Virus record (IMG/VR): IMGVR_UViG_3300028594_000074 | Span: 1-34,562 of that record | Reading direction: 5' to 3' (one strand) | DNA from: a virus | Taxonomy: Duplodnaviria; Caudoviricetes | Length of the DNA: 34,562 nt | Shown: positions 27,893-34,562 of the stretch, in pieces | How the letters are laid out: every line of letters starts with the position of its first letter | Numbering within the stretch: position 1 is the first letter of the stretch | The notes under the pieces: generated by a model | What the model was told of the DNA's origin: nothing | The model's input: the letters and a program-made list of their open reading frames with translations, nothing else | Database searches by the model: none | Translations under genes and position numbers: made by a program

Positions 27893-28807
27893 ATGTCTTT
27901 AGAAAATTTTAGGAAAATAGATATTGTTTGGCACAAAGCGACAAGAAGAATTTTCCACAGCGTCCGAGTTGCTAGTAGCGACGACAGAGGGCGTAAGCTT
28001 GTTGTACAAGTGCTAAATGATAATGTTGTTAAAGAGTTGTCAGATGTCGAATTACGTCTATATTGGGAGCACCCAAGTGGTACTAAAGGCTTTAATGATT
28101 TTGAAGCAGTAGACGCAAGCAGAGGAATCTACGAAATTTACTTTAGTCGTGGCATGCTAGAGAACGTTGGAACACACAAAGCTTGGCTACACTTAACAGA
28201 CACCACAGGTAGTGTCACGAGCGAAACGTTTGGTGTTGAGGTATTTAGTGGAATTGATTTAGAGGCGGTTGAGAGCACAGATGAATTTAGTGCGTTAAAC
28301 AGCGCCTTGGCTCGTGTTGTAGCCATTGAAAATCAAGAAGAGGAACGACAAGCGAACGAATCATCTCGACAACAAGCGGAGAACCAGCGTGAACAAGCAG
28401 AGTCCGAAAGAGAAACGGCTGAAAGTACTCGTGAATCAAATGAAAACGCGAGACAATCACAAGAAGCTACTCGAGAAAATGCAGAAGATACACGATTGAG
28501 CAATGAAAATACTCGAAAGAGTAGTGAAACTGAGCGTCTGAATGCAGAAACAAACCGTCAAGAGATTTTTGAAGCGAATGAAAGCAATCGTCAGTCCACG
28601 TTTGAACAAAATGAAAGCACTCGGGAATCGAACGAACAGACTAGACAAATTCAAGAAGCTAGTCGAGAATCGAACGAAACGAATCGTCAGTCAGAATTTG
28701 AAAACATGAAAGGACAAGTGGACGATTTAGAAGAAACTTACGCGCCTCGATTATCTGAAATCGAAAAGCGCTATATTTGGTTTGGAGAAGTCATCGAAAT
28801 AGATTAG
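27893..28807 (+). CDS. BppU-like upper baseplate/fibre stem protein with RxxxExx coiled coil
   Basis: SSDDRGRKLVVQV...FEAVDASRGIYEI N-domain, STDEFSAL, then polar heptad repeats. Confidence 0.75.
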   Translation: MSLENFRKIDIVWHKATRRIFHSVRVASSDDRGRKLVVQVLNDNVVKELSDVELRLYWEHPSGTKGFNDFEAVDASRGIYEIYFSRGMLENVGTHKAWLHLTDTTGSVTSETFGVEVFSGIDLEAVESTDEFSALNSALARVVAIENQEEERQANESSRQQAENQREQAESERETAESTRESNENARQSQEATRENAEDTRLSNENTRKSSETERLNAETNRQEIFEANESNRQSTFEQNESTRESNEQTRQIQEASRESNETNRQSEFENMKGQVDDLEETYAPRLSEIEKRYIWFGEVIEID

Positions 28808-28824
28808 GAAAGGAAGATTTCAAA

Positions 28825-28941
28825 ATGTTAAACAATAAGACGAACAAATTTTCGGGAGGGGAGAATTGCTGTAAGCGTAATTCTCTCAACCTTTCCAAAG
28901 GCGGTGAGCTATTAAGTAGCTTGCCTGTGGTGGCAATATGA
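28825..28941 (+). CDS. 38-aa leader micro-ORF with internal hairpins (not in ORF track)
   Basis: AAAGGAAG SD; MLNNKTNKFSGGENCCKRNSLNLSKGGELLSSLPVVAI; ATGA overlap with 28938. Confidence 0.5.
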   Translation: MLNNKTNKFSGGENCCKRNSLNLSKGGELLSSLPVVAI

Positions 28942-29360
28942 GAGTTTTAAAAAACCTACTTGGTGATAATAGTAAAATACATGCTGATGAGATTGCAGTT
29001 AAACCAGATATATTGTTAGGTGAAACTGTGATTGAAGAAGTTGGTAGCAACAGCAATGGTTATTGGATTAAGTGGGGTAATGGCTTTGCAATATGTTGGC
29101 GTGAAATCACGTTTAATCGCGACACGACTAACGGTCAAAGTGGTGTATCGAAACCCATTGCCTTTAGAGATGACTTACCTTTATTTGGCGGTAATCCATC
29201 AACTAAAATGGATTCATGGGTAGACAGACAGTCACTGTCTCATATTATTGTTTCAAACTATCCTGATTCATGGACATGGGCAATAGAGTATAATATAACA
29301 GATTGGTTTGGAAATGGAGATTTTACATTTACTCTTTGGTCAGCTGGTTTTGTCGATTGA
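28938..29360 (+). CDS. Putative tail-fibre tip/receptor-binding module 1
   Basis: GSNSNGYWIKWGNGFAICW beta motif typical of fibre C-terminal domains; paralogous to next gene. Confidence 0.65.
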   Translation: MRVLKNLLGDNSKIHADEIAVKPDILLGETVIEEVGSNSNGYWIKWGNGFAICWREITFNRDTTNGQSGVSKPIAFRDDLPLFGGNPSTKMDSWVDRQSLSHIIVSNYPDSWTWAIEYNITDWFGNGDFTFTLWSAGFVD

Positions 29361-29386
29361 GAGAATTATGTTGTTAGCAATAAATT

Positions 29387-29842
29387 ATGGAAGTCTTAAA
29401 AAACTTACTAGGACGTAATGCAAAAATAAACATTGATGAAGTAGCACTGAAACAGGGCAGTGTTGCTAAGTTACTAAGTGAAGCTGTTATTGTAGAATCA
29501 GGAACAAATGCGAACGGCAGTTATTTACGATTTGGAGATGGCACTCAAATTTGTTGGATTGAAGACCTGAATGTATCAACTTATGAAAGTAAAGGCGTCC
29601 TTAAAACTACCTGGACATTGCCAATGTCATATCCAAGTGATAACGGACAAATGGGTGAAAAACCCGCAATATTTATTGCCAAGAATGAATATCGGGGTTC
29701 AAGTGTCTTAAGAAGAACTTCTGGAGGTGGAGTTGTAAATCGTAACGGAAACTATGCCGAGGTATTTGTAATGGTTGATACAGGTATGATTAGTGGTTGG
29801 GTTCAAGGAGTAAGAGCCATGACCATAGGCAGATGGAAATAA
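29387..29842 (+). CDS. Putative tail-fibre tip/receptor-binding module 2
   Basis: ESGTNANGSYLRFGDGTQICW ... AMTIGRWK terminal motif. Confidence 0.7.
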   Translation: MEVLKNLLGRNAKINIDEVALKQGSVAKLLSEAVIVESGTNANGSYLRFGDGTQICWIEDLNVSTYESKGVLKTTWTLPMSYPSDNGQMGEKPAIFIAKNEYRGSSVLRRTSGGGVVNRNGNYAEVFVMVDTGMISGWVQGVRAMTIGRWK

Positions 29843-29854
29843 AGGAGTGATTAG

Positions 29855-30316
29855 ATGATTATACAACCATCACCAGTGCGAAGTGATGAAAAGATAGAAT
29901 ATAAATTTAATGACGAACAAATACTGGCAACCATCAATAATGATGAGTTGCTTTTTAATTTGCAAAATATCGAAACAGGAAAGCAATATGAACCACAATT
30001 TCCAATTAATGAGGTAAAGCGAAATGAAGATGGAACTTTGGAAGTTACAGTTATTAACTATCATGATGCAGATGCGTCTGAAGATGAACGTTTTCCAGAT
30101 CCATTTGAAGCAGTCAATGAAGAATTTGAAACTGATACAGAAGCTATACAGCTAGACGAATTAATTATTGAAGAACCCGAACCAGAAGGACTATCTGAAA
30201 CAGAGTCGCAGATGTTAGCTATTGCTGATTTAGACGCGCAACGTGAAATTGACAAAACTGAAAATCAATTAGCGATTGCGGTTCTAGCTGAAACAATGTT
30301 AGGAGGTACTTTTTGA
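29855..30316 (+). CDS. Acidic tail-fibre-associated protein (assembly/XkdW-like position)
   Basis: SPVRSDEKIEY N-terminus; C-terminal ENQLAIAVLAETMLGG coupled to small gene. Confidence 0.65.
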   Translation: MIIQPSPVRSDEKIEYKFNDEQILATINNDELLFNLQNIETGKQYEPQFPINEVKRNEDGTLEVTVINYHDADASEDERFPDPFEAVNEEFETDTEAIQLDELIIEEPEPEGLSETESQMLAIADLDAQREIDKTENQLAIAVLAETMLGGTF

Positions 30317-30432
30317 TGGTAAATCTATATGTAAGCTTAATAAATAAAGGTCTCCGAACATTGGAGCAAGTGCCTGGGGTTTGGAGAGACGAAGTAAAAG
30401 AACAGTTAGAAAAGCAAGAGGTTGCCGAATAG
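30316..30432 (+). CDS. CD1375/XkdX-like small protein, 38 aa (not in ORF track)
   Basis: MVNLYVSLINKGLRTLEQVPGVWRDEVKEQL; AGGAGG SD; TGATG overlap. Confidence 0.78.
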   Translation: MVNLYVSLINKGLRTLEQVPGVWRDEVKEQLEKQEVAE

Positions 30433-30466
30433 GTGGTTTTTTTAATACGCAGAAAGGAGCCGATGA

Positions 30467-30820
30467 ATGAAACGATGGATTGTAAACAACTTAAATAGTA
30501 TTTGGCTCAACCTCATAACAATCGTGTATGGGGTTGTTCTTATTTTATCAAATCCACACATCACACTAATCGAACCACCATTGCGTTATGCGTTGATTGC
30601 GGCGTGTTTGGTGCTGCCGATTGCGCTTTTAATCGTTATGTACCGTCAACACTCAAAAGCGCGCGGGTGGCTGATTATAGCACTTGCTGTGCTGTGGTGG
30701 TGGATTGCGTGGCTGTATTTTGTCAACCCTGTAAACAATAGCGGCTGGATATTGGCAATTAGCAATGTCGGGCATGCCTTTATTTTATTGTTTAGGGGGA
30801 AATTCGATGGAAATGAATAA
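30467..30820 (+). CDS. Four-TM membrane protein in lysis module
   Basis: Four hydrophobic segments; AAAGGAG SD. Confidence 0.7.
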   Translation: MKRWIVNNLNSIWLNLITIVYGVVLILSNPHITLIEPPLRYALIAACLVLPIALLIVMYRQHSKARGWLIIALAVLWWWIAWLYFVNPVNNSGWILAISNVGHAFILLFRGKFDGNE

Positions 30821-31142
30821 TTGGTTACTTTTGGTCTTTGGCTCAGGCGGACTGGTTACCATTATCGGCTATCTCTTGAAAAATAAACAAACAAATCGCT
30901 CCTCAGCATTAGAGGAAATAAGAGAGTTAGACGACCGTTTAAAAGCTGAAATCAAACGCCTAGACAAGCGAGTGGACGAAGCAGAAGCCGAAGCCAAGAT
31001 GTGGAAGGACAAGGCAGAAACGCTGGAAGATGAAAATGAAAAGTTAATCGAAGAAAACAATTGGTATCAGAATCGAGTGGAAGAATTAGAGGACAGAGTT
31101 GGCGACTTGGAAGAAAAAGTGAAGAAAGGGAGTAAAGAATGA
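30807..31142 (+). CDS. Single-TM plus coiled-coil lysis-module protein
   Basis: WLLLVFGSGGLVTIIGYLL then charged heptads; AGGGGG SD favours ATG30807. Confidence 0.7.
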   Translation: MEMNNWLLLVFGSGGLVTIIGYLLKNKQTNRSSALEEIRELDDRLKAEIKRLDKRVDEAEAEAKMWKDKAETLEDENEKLIEENNWYQNRVEELEDRVGDLEEKVKKGSKE

Positions 31143-31420
31143 ATTCACTAGAAAACATGAACTTAAACACGATTGGTGTATTTTTAGCAATCGCCGTCAT
31201 TGTTGCGGGGGCTACACAATTGTTGAAATATTATTTTCCTGAAATTGACCCAAAAAATTACACGTTAATTTTAGGGTTAGGATTAGGTGTTGTGGCGATG
31301 TTTATCACGGGCGGACAATTTGGCGAGTATGTGTTGATTGGATTAGGTGGCGCATTGGCGAGCAACGGACTCTATGACCAGCTGGCAAAACGATTTAAAG
31401 GGGTAGATAATAATGACTAG
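31139..31420 (+). CDS. Holin
   Basis: 93 aa, three hydrophobic helices, GLGGALASNGLYD, charged C-tail; overlaps endolysin start. Confidence 0.8.
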   Translation: MNSLENMNLNTIGVFLAIAVIVAGATQLLKYYFPEIDPKNYTLILGLGLGVVAMFITGGQFGEYVLIGLGGALASNGLYDQLAKRFKGVDNND

Positions 31421-32477
31421 ACATTTAATCATTGCAGGACATGGCGAGTTAGTCAATGGTGGCTTTGATACTGGGGCAACCGGTCATATCTCAAAAGGGG
31501 AACATTTATATGTGGAAGAAGATTTATTCCCTGCTATGAGAAAGTATGCAAAAGACAGCGAGGACACGTTTATTTTCCACAGCGCTTATAAAGTATTAGA
31601 CCGTGGAAACTTAGTAGCGCTTGCGAAACAACATAATGCTGATACGGTGACAGAAATTCACTATGATGCCTTTAATGCGAGCGCGACTGGTGGCCATGTC
31701 ATTGTTTATTCGGGGTATGCACCAGATGACTTAGACTTACGACTGAGAGATGTTATTGGCGAAGTGATTGGAGGATTACGATTCAGTCATAGAGGTCATC
31801 GAGGTATCAGCGGACGAAATAACCTCGGTATGATTAATACAGCTGCGAGAAACGACATTAATATGCGACTATTAGAATTAGGTTTTGGTACAAACAAACG
31901 CGAAGCGGACATTATGGTAAATCAAGTGGACGAGTATGCACGAAAATTAATTGAGGCATACGATCAATCAAATCACAAAGCAAAACCAAATGAAAAAGCA
32001 CCTGCACCACCGAAAAAATCATCAAGCAAATCGATTGCGCAAATGGCAGATGAAGTGGAAGCAGGAATCCACGGTAACGGTCACGCAAATCGCAGAACTT
32101 CGTTAGGTGTTAGTCAATCAGTTTACAACCAAGTACGAGACGAAGTAAACAGACGTGCTGGCGTAACCTCTCGTAGAGAAGCCGTGAAACCGAAAAAATC
32201 AATCGGACAAATGGCGAGTGAAATCATTGAGGGACAACACGGGCAAGGACACGCAAATAGACGTCGATCGCTAGGTGTTAGCCAGTCCGAATACAATAAG
32301 GTTCGTGCAGAAGTAAATCGCCGTGCAGGTGTTTCCACGGGGAAATCTATTGGTCAAATGGCAAACGAAATTCTGGAAGGTAAGCACGGAAACGGCCATA
32401 CCCAACGACGGGATTCTCTGGGAGTAGACAATGCGACTTATCAAAAAGTTCGCGCAGAAGTTAATCGTAGATCATAA
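31413..32477 (+). CDS. Endolysin: N-acetylmuramoyl-L-alanine amidase (Amidase_3) plus three CW_7 repeats
   Basis: IAGHG, GEH, EIHYDA, LLELGF zinc/catalytic motifs; three KSIxQMAxE...HGxGHxxRRxSLG...YxxVRxEVNRR units at 32028, 32196 and 32343. Confidence 0.92.
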   Translation: MTRHLIIAGHGELVNGGFDTGATGHISKGEHLYVEEDLFPAMRKYAKDSEDTFIFHSAYKVLDRGNLVALAKQHNADTVTEIHYDAFNASATGGHVIVYSGYAPDDLDLRLRDVIGEVIGGLRFSHRGHRGISGRNNLGMINTAARNDINMRLLELGFGTNKREADIMVNQVDEYARKLIEAYDQSNHKAKPNEKAPAPPKKSSSKSIAQMADEVEAGIHGNGHANRRTSLGVSQSVYNQVRDEVNRRAGVTSRREAVKPKKSIGQMASEIIEGQHGQGHANRRRSLGVSQSEYNKVRAEVNRRAGVSTGKSIGQMANEILEGKHGNGHTQRRDSLGVDNATYQKVRAEVNRRS

Positions 32478-32506
32478 TTAAATAGAAACAAACTAGAGGA
32501 GTAGCC

Positions 32507-32535
32507 TTGGATAATCCCTTTCGTTATGGTATAAT
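32507..32535 (+). promoter_or_regulatory. SigA-type promoter for HNH gene
   Basis: TTGGAT-17 nt-TATAAT with extended TG. Confidence 0.65.
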
Positions 32536-32623
32536 AAAGGTACAAACGGAGATACAAAAAGACCCCGGCGATGCTGATAACATCCCGAGGCACGACCAAC
32601 AACTAACAAGGAGTTGCTGATAT

Positions 32624-33154
32624 ATGTATATTAACACAGATGAAGAAGTTTGGAAAGATATAGAAGGTTACGAAGGGTTATATGAAATCTCGACTTTCGG
32701 AAACGTGAGAAGCGTTGACAGGGTAATTCGCAGCACAAAAGGTCATTTAAGAAAATTAAAAAGCCACGGGATTAAGCAGTTAATCACCGGCCAAGGTTAC
32801 TTTCACGTACGGATACGGAAGAATGGTAACAGAAAGACTAAGTTCATCCACCGATTAGTAGCAGAAACTTTTATCAGTAACCCCGGAAACTATCCTATAG
32901 TCAACCATATTGATGGTGACAAGGGGAACAACCACATTTCGAATTTAGAGTGGGTGACTTCCCAGCAAAATGCTCAACATGCTTTGAAACATAACCTCAC
33001 ATCTACAACAAAATTGTCAAAGCAAGAAGTTTTAAAAATCAGGGAACTTTATGCTTCGGGGGAATATACTCATAGAGAGTTAGCAAATAAATTTAACGTT
33101 ACCCCGTCAAATGTGGGTAGGATAGTAAGAAGAGATACTTGGAAAATCATATAA
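32624..33154 (+). CDS. NUMOD4-HNH endonuclease with C-terminal HTH
   Basis: EVWKDIEGYEGLYEISTFGNVRS (NUMOD4); HRLVAETF...VNHIDGDKGNNHISNLEW (HNH). Confidence 0.93.
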   Translation: MYINTDEEVWKDIEGYEGLYEISTFGNVRSVDRVIRSTKGHLRKLKSHGIKQLITGQGYFHVRIRKNGNRKTKFIHRLVAETFISNPGNYPIVNHIDGDKGNNHISNLEWVTSQQNAQHALKHNLTSTTKLSKQEVLKIRELYASGEYTHRELANKFNVTPSNVGRIVRRDTWKII

Positions 33155-33163
33155 AATATAAAC

Positions 33164-33199
33164 GGGGAGTTAGGCCTTAATCGGCTACTCCTCTTTTTT
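33164..33199 (+). terminator. Intrinsic terminator ending rightward transcription
   Basis: GGGGAGTTAGGCC-TTAATC-GGCTACTCCTC-TTTTTT (bulged stem). Confidence 0.7.
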
Positions 33200-33205
33200 A
33201 TTTGT

Positions 33206-33625
33206 CTAAAACCCTTGTTCCTCAGCCATATCAATATAATCTTGCAACTCATTGACTTCCAAATCACGCGTATCAATTTCTTTCACTTCTTCCAAGTAGG
33301 CGATTGAGTCCGCCAATTCTTCCCACCAGTAAAACTCTTCATTGTCCTTAAAATTGTCATCCTCATCTAAGTAACTGCTTAACTGGTCAAAATCCCAAAT
33401 ATAATCTACATTCTCAATTTTATATACGTTCATTTTTATCTCTCCTTTTAATATTTTTGCGTACTCTGTTAATGCTGCACCAGTCTTAATTGTGAGTGTG
33501 TCGATTTCGCGAATACCGTTTTTGAGTCTTGATAATGTGGGTTGCAGTACATTCGTGTGCTTTGAGATATTTGTTTGCGTTTCGTTGGCGAGTAACCATT
33601 TAATAAGTTTTGTGTCTACTATCAT
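33206..33625 (-). CDS. HTH domain fused to highly acidic 75-aa domain; candidate anti-CRISPR/anti-defence protein
   Basis: N-terminal HTH (ETQTNISKHTNVLQPTLSRLKNG); C-domain has 25 D/E versus 4 K/R; internal SD plus ATG at 33433. Confidence 0.75.
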   Translation of the reverse strand: MIVDTKLIKWLLANETQTNISKHTNVLQPTLSRLKNGIREIDTLTIKTGAALTEYAKILKGEIKMNVYKIENVDYIWDFDQLSSYLDEDDNFKDNEEFYWWEELADSIAYLEEVKEIDTRDLEVNELQDYIDMAEEQGF

Positions 33626-33703
33626 TTTGTTTTGCTCCTTTTTATTTGTATAATAGCTACGAGGGGCGGGTACTCCTCATAGCAATTGTTTAACTTTGGA
33701 CGG

Positions 33704-34027
33704 TTAGGCAATTGCTTTTTTTATTTCATTTTCGAACAACTTCTGTAAAATCTTCCCGATTTCGATAGCATCCATTATTTCTAACTGTTCTTCGATTGCT
33801 TTTAAAGCGGTAGCTGATAACATTCCAGTGATTTCATTTATTTCGTTCGCTTCCATCATCATCTCGTAATAGTCATCATTGATTTCGCCAGTGAGTTCGG
33901 TTGGTACTTCATCCCAAAAGATCGAGTCGATTAATAATTCGCCATAGCCGTTTACGTGTCCGTCAAACCGAAACTTGTGTAACTCCATCATCTCTTGTAA
34001 TTTCTCAAACTGTATTGTGATTTTCAT
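33704..34027 (-). CDS. Acidic hypothetical protein; candidate anti-defence protein
   Basis: 107 aa, 23 D/E versus 9 K/R; AAAGGGAG SD; first gene behind a consensus promoter. Confidence 0.75.
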   Translation of the reverse strand: MKITIQFEKLQEMMELHKFRFDGHVNGYGELLIDSIFWDEVPTELTGEINDDYYEMMMEANEINEITGMLSATALKAIEEQLEIMDAIEIGKILQKLFENEIKKAIA

Positions 34028-34059
34028 TTGTATCTCCCTTTCTTTATCTTTCTAATTAT

Positions 34060-34088
34060 ATTATAACAGTTGTTATATAATATGTCAA
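34060..34088 (-). promoter_or_regulatory. Consensus SigA promoter with overlapping palindromic operator
   Basis: TTGACA(34088-34083)-17 nt-TATAAT(34065-34060), extended TG; inverted repeat TATAACA-GT-TGTTATA at 34062-34077. Confidence 0.85.
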
Positions 34089-34161
34089 GCGTTATATTGA
34101 ATTAATTAAAGTTTTTATCATCTTTGTTCAATTTGTCTATTTATTATGCATGATAGACAAT

Positions 34162-34190
34162 AAAAAAACTCCCACTCGTTAAAGTGAGAG
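34162..34190 (-). terminator. Minus-strand intrinsic terminator next to attR
   Basis: Minus strand CTCTCACT-TTAACG-AGTGGGAG-TTTTTTT. Confidence 0.75.
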
Positions 34191-34224
34191 GATATATAAA
34201 AGAAAGAAGACTTTTCCCTTATTC

Positions 34225-34245
34225 CGTTTGCTCTATTAGTGTCGC
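34225..34245. other. Approximate attR junction
   Basis: RadC-like coding starts abruptly at ISVAHPRE (~34235); exact core cannot be defined without attL. Confidence 0.55.
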
Positions 34246-34465
34246 GCATCCACGGGAGATTTTTAAAGCCGCTGTCCGTTATTCGGCCGCGCGTATTATC
34301 TTAGCGCATAATCATCCATCGGGAAGTGTTGAACCGTCAGAAGCGGATTTTGGTTTTACGAGAAGAGTTGTGGATTCTGGAGAGATGATCGGGATTGAAG
34401 TGATTGATCATATTATTGTCGGAGAAAATGAATATTTGAGTTTACGTGAAGAAGGATTAATGTAA
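34235..34465 (+). pseudogene. radC: 3' fragment of host radC (JAB domain), interrupted by the prophage
   Basis: VAHPREIFKAAVRYSAARIILAHNHPSGSVEPSEAD...IEVIDHIIVG...YLSLRE; N-terminal part absent. Confidence 0.9.
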
Positions 34466-34562
34466 GGGCATCCTTATTTGAGGGACTTTCGATGTACAAA
34501 TTGGAGATTTTGTTCTTTTTTTGTAAATAAAAAGGGATAATGCTTGATGTTTAAAAAAATGC

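Larger units (their letters stand above)
1..34234 (+). mobile_element. Temperate siphovirus prophage (left end outside window; right end at radC junction)
   Basis: Contiguous replication, packaging, head, tail and lysis gene order; ends where a 5'-truncated host radC begins. Confidence 0.95.

Noticed and set aside
28845-28880. -1 frameshift from the leader micro-ORF into tip gene 1 at the G-rich tract plus hairpin
   Set aside because: No in-frame X XXY YYZ heptamer, and the -1 frame hits TAA within the hairpin loop
28938-29410. A AAA AAC slippery-like sequence at the start of both tip genes
   Set aside because: Explained by conserved Leu-Lys-Asn codons in an AT-rich genome; no useful alternative frame identified
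28938-29842. Shufflon or diversity-generating retroelement acting on tip genes
   Set aside because: Genes are co-oriented; no invertase, reverse transcriptase or adenine-specific template/variable repeat pair is visible in the window
30421-30443. Terminator before the lysis module (GTTGCC-GAATA-GGTGGT-T run)
   Set aside because: Stem is mostly G-U pairs; too weak to call
34184-34234. Phage-supplied new N-terminus that would rescue radC
   Set aside because: GTG34184 lies within a terminator stem with no SD, and the added residues do not resemble RadC

Overview
The window is the right-hand ~34.2 kb of a temperate siphophage (SPP1/TP901-1-like gene order) integrated in a low-GC Firmicute chromosome. 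From left to right on the + strand it carries: an early/recombination block (RecT plus PD-(D/E)XK exonuclease); replication genes (initiator with internal ori repeats, DnaC-like ATPase, RusA, YopX, SSB); an ArpU-like late activator with its repeat-containing promoter and a tRNA-Asn; pac-type terminase, portal, head and tail genes (chaperone with a -1 frameshift, 1012-aa tape measure, Dit, Tal, BppU-like stem, two paralogous tip modules); and a lysis cassette (Amidase_3 plus three CW_7 repeats). After lysis come a NUMOD4-HNH cassette that appears to have inserted into the lysis terminator and a leftward operon of small acidic proteins. That operon has an HTH fusion and a palindrome-containing consensus promoter, the architecture of an anti-CRISPR/anti-defence locus and the strongest candidate novel system here. 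The prophage ends inside radC, whose 3' fragment closes the window. Integrase and repressor lie outside the window. All family assignments come from motif recognition only; no database searches were run.
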